A DNA stretch of 64,000 nucleotides from Microgenomates group bacterium Gr01-1014_5 (GTDB taxonomy: Bacteria > Patescibacteriota > Microgenomatia > UBA8517 > UBA10165): NCBI GenBank assembly GCA_007376395.1, contig VMGE01000004.1:70431-134430 (forward strand), read 5' to 3'. The position numbers were made by a program, and so were the translations under genes. Below the pieces are notes generated by a model. It was not told the DNA's origin and made no database searches. It was given only the letters and a program-made list of their open reading frames with translations. Positions within the stretch are counted from its first letter, which is position 1. Each line of letters starts with the position of its first letter. This document shows positions 17,263 through 29,296 of the stretch, piece after piece.

Positions 17263-19929
17263 CTAATTTTCTGATTCTACAGGAATTGGTTCGGACTCGA
17301 TTTCCTCTTTGTCTAAAATCGCAACTGCGGCAACTTTGTCTGATTTATCCTTGCCAAAACGCATCAGAATTACTCCTTGGGTAGCTCTGCCCAATTGCGG
17401 AATATTTTTCAAAGGCAATCTGATGACTTGTCCAGAGCGGCTGGTAATAATAATTTGCTCAATGTTTTCCGTAACCATCATGGCGCAGGCCAGTTCACCT
17501 GTTTTGTCTGAGAGTTCTGCAATTTTTACTCCAGACCCGCCGCGTTTTTGTAATGGGAAAGCGACAACAGGAGTACGTTTGCCCAAACCGCGCTCTGTAA
17601 CAACCAGAATGTCACGGAAAAACTTTTTCCTGCGGTCTGTGGGAATATTTTCTTTTTCAGGGAAGACTTCCATGGAAATAACCTGATCTTCCCCTGTCAG
17701 CATAATTCCCCTTACCCCATGAGAGTCCCTCCCCATTGGACGGACATCCCCTTCTTTAAAACGGATTGATTTACCCCGCCGGGAAGCCATAATGACCTGA
17801 TCTTCCCCTGTTGTTTGGCGTACCCAAGCAAGCGCGTCTCCGCGGTCTAGGCGGATGGCAATTAATCCCGAAGTACGTAAGTTTTTGAATTGGGTCAAAG
17901 AAGTTTTCTTTATAGTTCCGTTTCTGGTTGCCATCAAGAGGTATTTTACCTCTGTGCCATCCAGAACGACTACTGCTTCGATGACCTCTCCCTGGTCGAT
18001 GTTAATCAGATTAACGATTGCTTGGCCTTTTGCCTGGCGCGATCCTTCGGCGATTTCCCAAGCACGGGTAGAAAATACCCGTCCGCGGTCGGTAAAGAAC
18101 ATTACCTGGTCGTGAGTTGACGCGGCAACCAGATGCGCGATTTCATCCTCTTCTTTTGTGGTCATCCCAATAACTCCCTTGCCTCCCCTAGCTTGCGATT
18201 TGTAAGTTGAGCGCGGGACGCGCTTAATATAACCGGTTTTAGTGATCATGATTAGGACTTCTTCGCGGGCTACCAAATCCTGCTCTGAGATCTCTCCCAC
18301 CGGCTGCATGTAAATTTTTGTCCTGCGCTCGTCACCATACTTTTCTTTTAAAGCTATAAGTTCGCTGGTTATGAGGCCTAAGATTTTTTCAGGATGCATT
18401 AAAAGATCTGTTAAATGAGCGATTAACTCCTGGATCTTTTTATACTCTTCCTCAATTTTTTCGCGCTCTAGGGCCGAGAGGCGTCTGAGCTGCATGTCTA
18501 AAATTGCCACAGCCTGAATCTCGGTAAATTTGAATTTTTCCATAAGGCTGGTTTTGGCTGTGTCTGAGTCGCGGCTTTTACGGATTGTGGCAATGACTTC
18601 GTCCAAATGGTCAAGTGCAATTACAAGTCCTTCCAGGATGTGTCCCCGCTTCTTGGCTTCTGTGAGGTCATAAATAGAACGGCGGGTAACGACCTTTTGT
18701 CTGTGTTTGACGTATTCAACCAAAATTTGTTTTAAAGCCAGGGTTCTTGGGGTACCGTCAACTAGAGCGACAAAGTTTGCAGGGAAAGTGTTTTGCAGTT
18801 GGGTATGTTTGTAAAGATTATTTAAAACCGACTTTGGCCGGGCGTCTTTTTTAAGTTCGATAACGACTGACATTCCCTTTTGGTCTGATTCGTCTCTTAA
18901 GTCTGAGATGCCGACTATCTTTTTGTCCCGCGCAAGTTCTGCAATTTTAGCAACAAGCAAGGCTTTGTTAACTTGGTAAGGAAGTTCGGAAATCATAATT
19001 CTTGATTTGCCGCGCTCGGCTTCTTCGATCTTTGCCACTCCGCGGACAACAATGGTTCCGCGTCCCGTACCATAAATTTCCGTCATGTGTTTAGCTCCGT
19101 AAATGACCCCTCCTGTTGGGAAATCCGGACCTTTAATATACTTGACGAGCTCTTCTGTGGTGATTTCTGAGTCGAAGTCGGTGTTTGGAGCCACAATTGT
19201 AATGTCTTTTTGTCTCCCTTCTGCAACTGCTAGATCAATCTTTTTAATAGCGAACGTAGCCTCACTGTTCTCGCTTTTTCCGTTTTTTTCTGTGTTCTGT
19301 GTACTACGTCCCTTTTCCTGCGACACAGCGCTACCTTTTTCGATTGTGGCGATAACTGCTTCGACTACTTCGTTAAGATTGTGGGGAGGGATTTTGGTAG
19401 CCATTCCGACGGCGATTCCCTCAGAACCCATAAGTAGAAGGTTGGGCAAGGTTGCCGGCAGATAATTTGGCTCTTTGATTGTGCTGTCGAAATTTTCGCC
19501 AAACTCAACTGTATCTTTTTCGATATCGGCTAAGAGTTCCTGGGAAATTTTGGCCGGGCGTGCTTCTGTATAACGCATTGCAGCCGGTGGGTCACCGTCT
19601 ACCGAGCCGTAATTTCCCTGTCCGTCGACGAGCGGATAGCGCATGGAGAAGTTTTGCGCTAAACGGACAAGAGCGTCGTAAATCGGGCCGTCTCCATGAG
19701 GATGAAATTTTCCCATGGTTTCTCCGACTATTTTGGCAGACTTGGTGTAAGCAGAGGCTGGCGTAAGACCCATTTGGTGCATGGCAAAAAGAATTCTGCG
19801 GTGTACAGGTTTTAGACCGTCGCGCACGTCAGGCAGGGCTCGTGAGACGATAACCGACATGGCATAGTTAAGGTACGATTTTTGTACCTCAGTGGTTATT
19901 TCGACTTGTAGAACTTTACCGATATTCAT
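17263..19929 (-). CDS. gyrA: DNA gyrase subunit A
   Basis: ALPDVRDGLKPVHRR, HPHGD, AAMRYTE, GyrA-box QARGGKG, beta-pinwheel repeats. Confidence 0.98.
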   Translation of the reverse strand: MNIGKVLQVEITTEVQKSYLNYAMSVIVSRALPDVRDGLKPVHRRILFAMHQMGLTPASAYTKSAKIVGETMGKFHPHGDGPIYDALVRLAQNFSMRYPLVDGQGNYGSVDGDPPAAMRYTEARPAKISQELLADIEKDTVEFGENFDSTIKEPNYLPATLPNLLLMGSEGIAVGMATKIPPHNLNEVVEAVIATIEKGSAVSQEKGRSTQNTEKNGKSENSEATFAIKKIDLAVAEGRQKDITIVAPNTDFDSEITTEELVKYIKGPDFPTGGVIYGAKHMTEIYGTGRGTIVVRGVAKIEEAERGKSRIMISELPYQVNKALLVAKIAELARDKKIVGISDLRDESDQKGMSVVIELKKDARPKSVLNNLYKHTQLQNTFPANFVALVDGTPRTLALKQILVEYVKHRQKVVTRRSIYDLTEAKKRGHILEGLVIALDHLDEVIATIRKSRDSDTAKTSLMEKFKFTEIQAVAILDMQLRRLSALEREKIEEEYKKIQELIAHLTDLLMHPEKILGLITSELIALKEKYGDERRTKIYMQPVGEISEQDLVAREEVLIMITKTGYIKRVPRSTYKSQARGGKGVIGMTTKEEDEIAHLVAASTHDQVMFFTDRGRVFSTRAWEIAEGSRQAKGQAIVNLINIDQGEVIEAVVVLDGTEVKYLLMATRNGTIKKTSLTQFKNLRTSGLIAIRLDRGDALAWVRQTTGEDQVIMASRRGKSIRFKEGDVRPMGRDSHGVRGIMLTGEDQVISMEVFPEKENIPTDRRKKFFRDILVVTERGLGKRTPVVAFPLQKRGGSGVKIAELSDKTGELACAMMVTENIEQIIITSRSGQVIRLPLKNIPQLGRATQGVILMRFGKDKSDKVAAVAILDKEEIESEPIPVESEN

Positions 19930-19949
19930 ATCAAATATTAAATTTCAAA

Positions 19950-21959
19950 TTAGACGAGAAATGGTGCCAAAAGTAATGCCACCACGTTTGCCACCTTGAT
20001 CATAGGATTAATTGCCGGGCCTGCTGTATCTTTGTAGGGATCGCCAACCGTGTCTCCTGTAACTGCCGCTTGGTGAGCAACACTCCCCTTTCCTCCAAAA
20101 TTGCCATCCTCGATATACTTTTTGGCATTATCCAAAGCAGCTCCTCCAGTGGTCATAGAAATAGCTACAAAAAGACCGGTAACTATTACCCCGATTAATA
20201 ATCCGCCCAGAGCCGTAGGGCCTAAGAGCAGACCAACGACAACTGGCGCAACAACCGGCAAAAGCGCAGGGACAATCATTTGGCGAAGTGCCGCTTTTGT
20301 CACAATATCTACACAGCGGGCATAATCCGGCCTTTGTGTTCCCTGCATAATGCCTTTTATTTCTTTGAATTGCCGTCTTATTTCAACAACAATCGCCATT
20401 CCGGCTTTACCAACAGCTTCCATGGCAAGACCGGCAAATAAATAAGGAAGGGAGGCTCCGATAAGGATTCCCACAAGAACGTTTGGATCGGCCAGAGAAA
20501 AAACATTTGCCGCGCCTTCTCTGGCTAGTTCTTGTGTATATGCTGCAAAAAGCACAAGTGCGGCAAGACCGGCCGATGCTACGGCATATGCTTTAGTAAC
20601 AGCTTTAGTTGTGTTGCCAACGGCGTCTAAAGCATCTGTAATTTTGCGCACACTCCCCTTTTGTCCCGACATCTCAGCAATTCCTCCGGCATTATCGGTT
20701 ATTGGTCCAAATGAATCAATGGCAACGATGATTCCGGTTAAAGAAAGCATGGAGACGGCCGCAATTGCCACGCCATAAAGCCCTGCCAAGCTAAAAGAAA
20801 GCAGGGTTGCTCCGGCTATTAATAAGATGGGTAGAAAAGTAGACTCCATGGAGAGCGCCAGTCCAGCGATAATATTAGTCCCGTGGCCGGAAACCGAAGC
20901 TTCGGCGATTTTTTTAACAAACCGGCTGTTCTTGCCGGTATAAATCTCGGTTAAAACAACCATGCCGATTGTGACTACAATTCCGATTAACGAAGTCAAA
21001 AACAGTGTCGTGTTGGGTATTCCAGGAATTCTTGGCGAGAAAAAGACGAGCACACCCAAAAGACCCAAGACAGAAAAAACAGCGGTGGCTCCTAACCCTT
21101 GGTAAAGAGCAGGCATAATTCTTCCGCTTTTGGGTAGTTTGACAAAAAAAGTTCCGAGAACCGAGGCAATGAGTGCTACGCTACCCAATAACAAAGGGAA
21201 ATAAATACTTGCGTTTCTTTCTGCAAAAAGCAGTGTGGCTAAAAGAATGGCAGAGACAGTAGTTACGACATATGTTTCGAAAATATCTGCCGCCATTCCG
21301 GCACAGTCTCCAACATTATCCCCGACTAAATCTGCAATGACTCCTGGGTTGCGGGGATCATCTTCGGGAATTCCTGCCTCGATTTTGCCTACCATGTCAG
21401 TTCCCACATCTGCTCCCTTGGTGTAGATTCCTCCACCAAGCCGGGCAAAAACCGAGATTAAGGAACCTCCAAATCCAAGTCCGACTAACGCACCCACAGG
21501 GGATATGCCAATGATGTTTGCAATTAAAATGACTAAGGCTATAGATAAAAGCGCAAGCCCGCCAACTAAGAGTCCTGTAACGGATCCGCCCTGAAAAGCG
21601 ACTTCAAGCGCCTGAGCTAGACCTTTTTTAGCAGCTTGGGTTGTGCGTATGTTTGCTCTTACCGCAACGCTCATGCCAATATATCCGGCGAGGGATGAAG
21701 TAAAGCTTCCGAGGATAAATCCAAGTGCATAGTCTGAACCAAGAGCGATCCATAGAAGTATTGTTAAAACTAATGCCACCAAAGCAACGGTTTTTGTTTG
21801 ACGGCCAAGATATGCCTGGGCCCCTTCAGCTATCGCCTGGGCAATAGACTGCATCTTTTCGTCTCCTGTAGGAAGAGCCAAGATTTTGCGGATTAAAAAC
21901 GCGCTAAAACCCAAAGTTCCTAAAGAGGCAAAGACGGCAAAAGTTACTTCTGGTATCAT
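19950..21959 (-). CDS. hppA: Membrane-bound H+-translocating pyrophosphatase, probably K+-independent
   Basis: [56 protein letters not shown]. Confidence 0.95.
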   Translation of the reverse strand: MIPEVTFAVFASLGTLGFSAFLIRKILALPTGDEKMQSIAQAIAEGAQAYLGRQTKTVALVALVLTILLWIALGSDYALGFILGSFTSSLAGYIGMSVAVRANIRTTQAAKKGLAQALEVAFQGGSVTGLLVGGLALLSIALVILIANIIGISPVGALVGLGFGGSLISVFARLGGGIYTKGADVGTDMVGKIEAGIPEDDPRNPGVIADLVGDNVGDCAGMAADIFETYVVTTVSAILLATLLFAERNASIYFPLLLGSVALIASVLGTFFVKLPKSGRIMPALYQGLGATAVFSVLGLLGVLVFFSPRIPGIPNTTLFLTSLIGIVVTIGMVVLTEIYTGKNSRFVKKIAEASVSGHGTNIIAGLALSMESTFLPILLIAGATLLSFSLAGLYGVAIAAVSMLSLTGIIVAIDSFGPITDNAGGIAEMSGQKGSVRKITDALDAVGNTTKAVTKAYAVASAGLAALVLFAAYTQELAREGAANVFSLADPNVLVGILIGASLPYLFAGLAMEAVGKAGMAIVVEIRRQFKEIKGIMQGTQRPDYARCVDIVTKAALRQMIVPALLPVVAPVVVGLLLGPTALGGLLIGVIVTGLFVAISMTTGGAALDNAKKYIEDGNFGGKGSVAHQAAVTGDTVGDPYKDTAGPAINPMIKVANVVALLLAPFLV

Positions 21960-21961
21960 GT

Positions 21962-23944
<1,983 letters not shown>

Positions 23945-24015
23945 CTAGCTATAAGTATACAGTTTTAGGATTGTCTTTGCAAGGCTTTTTAGCCTTATTT
24001 TAACGAGTGTGTGGT

Positions 24016-25263
24016 TCAGGAGAGATTTTTCAAAAAGATGGGTTTTACCGCTTGCGCAAGGAGTGCAAAAATAAGTCCAAAAACAATAAAAACGATTGTC
24101 ACATCTACTTTTTCCGTGATTAGCGCGATGAGTAAAATTGGAATTGGCGTTACAACCGACCCGGAGGCATAAACAAGCGCAAAAACCCGACCCAGCATTT
24201 TTTCTGGAGTGTTTTTTTGCAGTATCGTACGCGAGTGTACTGCGATAAACACCGCAGATATTCCGGCAACAACTGCTCCGGTGGCGGTTATTGCTCTCAA
24301 TAAAAGCATACCTCCTGTTAATTTTGTCACGTAGCCGCCTGCTAGGCCGATAAAAAGCATAGCCAGACCAAACGCTAAAGAACCCAAATAAATCATATAC
24401 CCCTTGCTTGCTCTTTCTTTTAACTTATTAAGCAGGTAGACGCCAATGCCCAAGCCGAAACCCAAAGGAATAATTAGAAAATAACTAGTGGAAGTAGACG
24501 GTAACCGTAAATAAGTTTTAACAAAATCAATAAAGAGGATTGCCATGAGCCCGATACAAAACTGCATTAAAGTTAACATGACAATAGGAATGAATATTTT
24601 TGTATTCGTACGGGTTATGTCCAAAACTTCCCGGGTTAGTTTTTTCGCGTGGGAAAATAGTTGCGGGTCAAAACCGCGGTGTCCGTTATTACTCAGAGTT
24701 AATGTTGACGACAAAACGAAGCCGATAGCTGTTAGAATCGCGGCAATAATAAAAGTAGACTGATCCCCATACTTCTCTAGCCCACCGAAGAACTGAATTA
24801 CAGGTCCTGCTAAGCCATATCCCAAGAGTACTGAGCCAAACCCGGTGAATAAAAAAAGCGCGTTCGCGCGTTCCAAATCCTGTTTTTTAACAATAGTTGG
24901 CAGTGTTGCAGATTCGGCGGGCGTAAAAACCTGAGACACGCAAGAAGAAAGAAAAGCTATGGCTAATAAAAACCAATAATTGTGAGTAAAGACGGCATAA
25001 GCGGCAAAAAGTAAAGCAAGTAGTGCATCACTGGTCAAAATAATCCACTTGCGGTTTGATGTGTCTACAATTGCGCCGGCAAATAAACCGACCAAAAAAG
25101 AAGGGAGGGTCATTACTGCGTAAAATTGGGCGATAGCGAATCTCGAGCTCGTTATCTGGTCTATGAGAAGTAAAATGGTGAAGTTGGACATATTGAAGCT
25201 GGTTTGCAAGAGAATTTGGTTTCCCCAAAGCCGCATAAACTGCCCGTTTTTTAAAAGTTGCAT
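24016..25263 (-). CDS. MFS transporter
   Basis: About 12 TM segments, GAIVDTSNRK motif A, LQKNTPEKMLGRVF. Confidence 0.9.
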   Translation of the reverse strand: MQLLKNGQFMRLWGNQILLQTSFNMSNFTILLLIDQITSSRFAIAQFYAVMTLPSFLVGLFAGAIVDTSNRKWIILTSDALLALLFAAYAVFTHNYWFLLAIAFLSSCVSQVFTPAESATLPTIVKKQDLERANALFLFTGFGSVLLGYGLAGPVIQFFGGLEKYGDQSTFIIAAILTAIGFVLSSTLTLSNNGHRGFDPQLFSHAKKLTREVLDITRTNTKIFIPIVMLTLMQFCIGLMAILFIDFVKTYLRLPSTSTSYFLIIPLGFGLGIGVYLLNKLKERASKGYMIYLGSLAFGLAMLFIGLAGGYVTKLTGGMLLLRAITATGAVVAGISAVFIAVHSRTILQKNTPEKMLGRVFALVYASGSVVTPIPILLIALITEKVDVTIVFIVFGLIFALLAQAVKPIFLKNLS

Positions 25264-25286
25264 TAGTTTATATTATCAAATACCAG

Positions 25287-26117
25287 TCATTTTTTATTAC
25301 ACACGGCAAGTAAAAAGACTGGCTCTTTTTGACACCCTGAAACAATGGGTTTGACTTGTGAGTCGGCATTAAAACAATAATATGCTATTAAAAACATAAT
25401 AGGTAGTCGGTATAAACGATGGTTCCATGGAAGCCCCAAATGTTTTGCTAAAATTCTAAAAGGAAAAGTTAAGTTTGCGACTTTTAAATATTTTTCTCTG
25501 TCAACAAACCTTTGTCCGTAAATGTTTTTAATCTCCCAGCCTCCTTTATCTAAAACTTCTAAAAACTGGTCAAGGCCGTATTCTTTTTGGTGATACTTAT
25601 ACCAAGGAGAATTTTCTCGCTCTGCATAGGGAGAAAAAAGTGGGGCATTAGGTGTAGAAATGACTAGTTGTCCTTCCCCTGTATGGAGTCTTGCTAAATT
25701 TCTCAAAAAAACTAGGTTTTGCTCACAAGAAACGTGCTCAAGGGTCTCAAAACTTACAACCCAGTCTGCAGGCTCTATAGTTTGTGTATCTTGGAGGTCA
25801 GCTAAATCTATTTTATAAAAATGCACTCTTGGATTAGGAGTAAATTCGTTTCTTGCTTCACGAAGCGCGTCTTCATTACAGTCAAGTCCAATTACCCGTC
25901 CTGCATCTGTGTGAGTTGCAAGATAGTGTGTTCCCCAACCCGACCCCGAGGCAGCGTCGATAACCATTTCAGGAGAACCTTGTATGAGATTTGCAGCAAA
26001 TATGTAGCGAGACATGTGGTCTCTCGGGGTGGAATTCCTAAATTTACCCCAATAGGTATTTTCTCTCTCTGCCTTTTTATACCTTTCTGCGGTAACTCTC
26101 TCAGGAAGCATGCCCAA
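25287..26117 (-). CDS. Class I SAM-dependent methyltransferase
   Basis: H..RY.FA, IDAASGSGWG, VSFETLEHV, ISTPN. Confidence 0.9.
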   Translation of the reverse strand: MGMLPERVTAERYKKAERENTYWGKFRNSTPRDHMSRYIFAANLIQGSPEMVIDAASGSGWGTHYLATHTDAGRVIGLDCNEDALREARNEFTPNPRVHFYKIDLADLQDTQTIEPADWVVSFETLEHVSCEQNLVFLRNLARLHTGEGQLVISTPNAPLFSPYAERENSPWYKYHQKEYGLDQFLEVLDKGGWEIKNIYGQRFVDREKYLKVANLTFPFRILAKHLGLPWNHRLYRLPIMFLIAYYCFNADSQVKPIVSGCQKEPVFLLAVCNKK

Positions 26118-26221
26118 GTTTAATCGAGTATAAACAGCATTTCAACTCGACATACTGATATTTGTTTATATTCTAGTAAGCAAAAAGTTGTACTTTAGCT
26201 AAAAGTCAAATTTAGTTAATT

Positions 26222-26257
26222 TGACCAGCCAACTTGCAATTGCAAGTTGTTTGGTCA
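26222..26257. repeat. Palindrome downstream of the PaaX-like gene
   Basis: Perfect 20-mer CAACTTGCAATTGCAAGTTG (26230-26249), extended by TGACCA/TGGTCA. Confidence 0.85.
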
Positions 26258-26845
26258 CATATTAAAGTATTCTTTGTAGGCTTCTTCGTCTTCTAATTGA
26301 CCCACGGTGAGTATTTTGACATTTTCTCCTATATCGTAAAGCTCTCTTAAGAACATTACTACTTCCTCGCAAGGATATGGATAGAGATAAACACTTTTTT
26401 GCAGTTGGTGGAAATTAAGCCTTTTGAGTGTTGTTCTGATGGCTTCTCTTGCGGCATCTTTACCTTTGGGTATGTCATAGGTAATTATTCGCCAGCGTCC
26501 GTCCCATTTTTCAGGTGTGGGTATGGTTAAATCAGCGAGATTGTGTTGAAATAATTTTCTTCTGCCCCGCTGGGTAATTTGTAAAACAAACTTTTCTCCG
26601 TCGTTCCAAATTTTAATATACTTTTTCTTCCTTAACTCTTTTAGCCTTTCCCTTAGCCTTCTTTCATCAAATTCTTCCCATTCCTCTTCTCCCAAGAGGC
26701 TCGCGATATCGTCATAACTTAAAGTTTTTTTAAAAAGTCTGGATAGTCCCGGCGCCATTAAACTTCCGGCGATAAATGCACCCACAGCCGCGATAGCCAA
26801 AATTTGCTTAGCTTTGGGGTACTTTTTCTTTATTTTTCTGAGCAT
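26255..26845 (-). CDS. PaaX-like protein (winged helix plus Cas2-like domain)
   Basis: LQITQRG, KWDGRWRIITYDIP, R..LKRL.F.QLQKSVYLYPYPC. Confidence 0.88.
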   Translation of the reverse strand: MLRKIKKKYPKAKQILAIAAVGAFIAGSLMAPGLSRLFKKTLSYDDIASLLGEEEWEEFDERRLRERLKELRKKKYIKIWNDGEKFVLQITQRGRRKLFQHNLADLTIPTPEKWDGRWRIITYDIPKGKDAAREAIRTTLKRLNFHQLQKSVYLYPYPCEEVVMFLRELYDIGENVKILTVGQLEDEEAYKEYFNM

Positions 26846-26884
26846 GATTAAATAATAATAGGTTTACAAACATTTGACAAGATA

Positions 26885-26900
26885 TCTTGCAATTGCAAGA
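26885..26900. promoter_or_regulatory. Palindrome upstream of the PaaX-like gene, next to divergent -35 boxes
   Basis: Perfect 16-mer TCTTGCAATTGCAAGA, same core as 26230-26249. TTGACAA at 26874-26880. Confidence 0.75.
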
Positions 26901-26957
26901 ATTGTGGGCAAATTAATTAATTTTATTGCTTAAAAGTTGCTATACTTTATTTAGGTA

Positions 26958-27509
26958 ATGTTAAATTTCGATTTGGTAAAAGTATTTTTTATAACCTTAT
27001 TTTTTAGTTTTGGCGTGCAAGCCCTATTTTACTTGAGATATGCTTTTGGCAATAGAAAGATAATACGAGAACACAAAGCAGTAATTGCCTACAAATCCGG
27101 AGTTATCGGTGACGGGGTGCTTATTCCCCTAACCAATGTTTTTGCCTGGCTGGTTCTTGGACAACTGGCTCCATGGAACACGCAGCTTAATTTTTTCCTC
27201 ACAACAGGTGCAACCGGCTTATTAATTACCTTTTTGTTTCATTGGGGACAGCAAAGGTTTCACTTAACCAACTGGACAATGCCCACTTCCGGTCACTGGA
27301 CCCTGCTTGGGGTATATCACGCGATATTTATGTTTTGCGAAATTAGTTTTTTATCTTTTGTCTTATTTAATTATCTGTTTAGTGTCTTTGACGGTACGCG
27401 AACTGGCGGCGTTCCCCTTTCTTACGCCTTAATTATCCTTTTTCTTTTCTTCGTCACTTTTGTCCACGATTATTGGCGGACACTATTTTCGAAGTTTGTT
27501 GCGAAGTAG
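26958..27509 (+). CDS. Hypothetical membrane protein
   Basis: About five TM segments, 183 aa. Confidence 0.75.
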   Translation: MLNFDLVKVFFITLFFSFGVQALFYLRYAFGNRKIIREHKAVIAYKSGVIGDGVLIPLTNVFAWLVLGQLAPWNTQLNFFLTTGATGLLITFLFHWGQQRFHLTNWTMPTSGHWTLLGVYHAIFMFCEISFLSFVLFNYLFSVFDGTRTGGVPLSYALIILFLFFVTFVHDYWRTLFSKFVAK

Positions 27510-27567
27510 CCCAGAAGCCCGGTTTGTGAAAACTTAGCCAATGTGGAGTATAATCAAGCCCAACAGC

Positions 27568-28134
27568 ATGGGTGTTGAAGCACGAATTAAACAAAACGAA
27601 GAGGTGATAACAGAGAGTGTAGTAGGCGTCGGCGCACTGCTTGTTACACCTGACTTAAAATTTCTAACTGTTCAAGAATTAGAAAATAAACGTTCTACTG
27701 GCAAGATAGCAGGTATGAGAACGGCTCCAATGGAAACAGTCGTTGACGGCGAGTCAGACGACGATGCTCTAAAAAGATTATTTCAAGAGGAGGTAGTCCT
27801 TGACGAAGCAGAGCTTCCTTTAGATAAAAAAGTTCTACTTTGTAAAATACAGTTAACAAAGGGTGTATGGTTGCATGGCTATCTACTTCAGATAGAAAGG
27901 CCAGTTCTTGCCGTAATAGGAACAGAGAATCACGAAGTTTCCGATCCGCTCTGGACAAGTATTGAAGAAGTTTTACATAGCAATCCTGACAACCGGCAGT
28001 TTCGTCCTGGAGTTAGAGAGCTTGTTTTTAGTTATCTGAATTTTCTGAAAAGTCCGGAAAATTTTTCTCCACACATTTATCCTCAAACCCAAGGCCAAGT
28101 GCCGGATGAGGCATTCGTCAGTCTCAGAGCCTAA
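27568..28134 (+). CDS. NUDIX-fold hydrolase (degenerate box)
   Basis: GVGALL, PMETVVDGESDDDALKRLFQEEV. Confidence 0.7.
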   Translation: MGVEARIKQNEEVITESVVGVGALLVTPDLKFLTVQELENKRSTGKIAGMRTAPMETVVDGESDDDALKRLFQEEVVLDEAELPLDKKVLLCKIQLTKGVWLHGYLLQIERPVLAVIGTENHEVSDPLWTSIEEVLHSNPDNRQFRPGVRELVFSYLNFLKSPENFSPHIYPQTQGQVPDEAFVSLRA

Positions 28135-28937
28135 CTAAAATGAATTTTCGTTCCAATTTTCTTCCCTGCCAAGACTCCTGTTAACACCTCTTGCTTCAGA
28201 CCGTCTACTATATAGATACTCTTTTTTCTTAACTCTCTTTTAACGGCAACCATCTTTCCATACATCTCACCCGTTACGTTAATCTTAGATGCGCCCTGGG
28301 ACGCTAGTATTTTTAAAACCTTCTTGAAATTTCGGTTATTAACCTCTGGAATCAATTTAGCGCGAGGATTAGATTTAGGGTCTTGCTCGAAAATTCCGTC
28401 AACATCGGATAAAAAGACAACCTTTTCAGCCTTTAATTTTCTTGCCAGATAAGAAACTATTGTGTCGCCTGAAAGAACTGAACATCCCCATTTAGTATCT
28501 AAAACACCGTCTCCAAAAAGAATGGGTACCAATCCTTGATTTAGCGCGTTATTAATAATTGCTACACTAAAGCTTTTAAACTCACCCTGCTCTTGTTCGG
28601 CAAAACTGTGCGGAACAATACTTACTGCTGGAACCGCCCGGCTTGTCAGGGATTTAATTACAAACTCATTCAAATCCAGCATATTTTGAAGAGTTTGTGC
28701 ATACGCCAGCTTTTGTTTAGCGGTCTTCATTCCTTTGTGCAGGTTGAATTTCTTAACATTAGGGTGACCAAAAGAACCTCCTCCGTGCACCAAGACAATC
28801 CTGTACTTTCCGGTCCTGACAATTTGCGCTATTTCTTTGGTAAGTAGCCTAATCACCGATAATCTTGCTTTTGGAGTTTTGCTCTTTTTGTAAGTTATTA
28901 CGCTTCCGCCGAGTTTGATAATAACCAGAGGCTTCAT
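28131..28937 (-). CDS. Isopentenyl phosphate kinase (amino-acid kinase family)
   Basis: IKLGGSVIT.K, VHGGGSFGH, SGDT, LSDVDGIF..DPK, VTGEM.GK. Confidence 0.85.
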   Translation of the reverse strand: MKPLVIIKLGGSVITYKKSKTPKARLSVIRLLTKEIAQIVRTGKYRIVLVHGGGSFGHPNVKKFNLHKGMKTAKQKLAYAQTLQNMLDLNEFVIKSLTSRAVPAVSIVPHSFAEQEQGEFKSFSVAIINNALNQGLVPILFGDGVLDTKWGCSVLSGDTIVSYLARKLKAEKVVFLSDVDGIFEQDPKSNPRAKLIPEVNNRNFKKVLKILASQGASKINVTGEMYGKMVAVKRELRKKSIYIVDGLKQEVLTGVLAGKKIGTKIHFS

Positions 28938-28963
28938 ACCCTCGGATTATACCAGAGGCAGAG

Positions 28964-28994
28964 TTACAGCGCATTTCTTGCGCCAGACGAGGCA
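28964..28994 (-). pseudogene. Degenerate orphan 3' tip of the WREIxP gene family
   Basis: Minus strand TGC CTC GTC TGG CGC AAG (A) AAT GCG CTG TAA, with one extra base. Confidence 0.5.
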
Positions 28995-29009
28995 AACTCA
29001 AACTATCTC

Positions 29010-29249
29010 TTAATTTCCTTTTTCAAGAACTGTTACTCTCTTGTCAAGGTTGTCTAAATTATCAGAAACTCTTTCGTGTGACATTTCGTGCGCTGCGTTT
29101 TCCTCTTCATTCCTGGTTTGTGTACCGGCTTTCTCGTCCAGTTTGTCAAAGATGTCGCTTTTGAGTTGAGTGAATTTGCCATCCATTTTCTCTTCAAATT
29201 CGTCAAATCTTAAATCTAAATAAGCTTTTGTAATATAATCATTTGCCAC
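29010..29249 (-). CDS. Small coiled-coil hypothetical protein
   Basis: 79 aa, heptad pattern ending LDKRVTVLEK. Confidence 0.7.
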   Translation of the reverse strand: MANDYITKAYLDLRFDEFEEKMDGKFTQLKSDIFDKLDEKAGTQTRNEEENAAHEMSHERVSDNLDNLDKRVTVLEKGN

Positions 29250-29296
29250 AACTTAAAGATACAATAACTAACTTATTAACTCAACGAGCAAAGCGG

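Noticed and set aside
19170-19340. Intein in GyrA
   Set aside because: Insertion is short, away from the catalytic Tyr region, and lacks C/S...HN splice motifs.
26255-26845. CRISPR-Cas locus suggested by the Cas2-like domain
   Set aside because: No repeat-spacer array and no cas1 or effector gene in the window. The domain is fused to a winged helix as in PaaX-like proteins.
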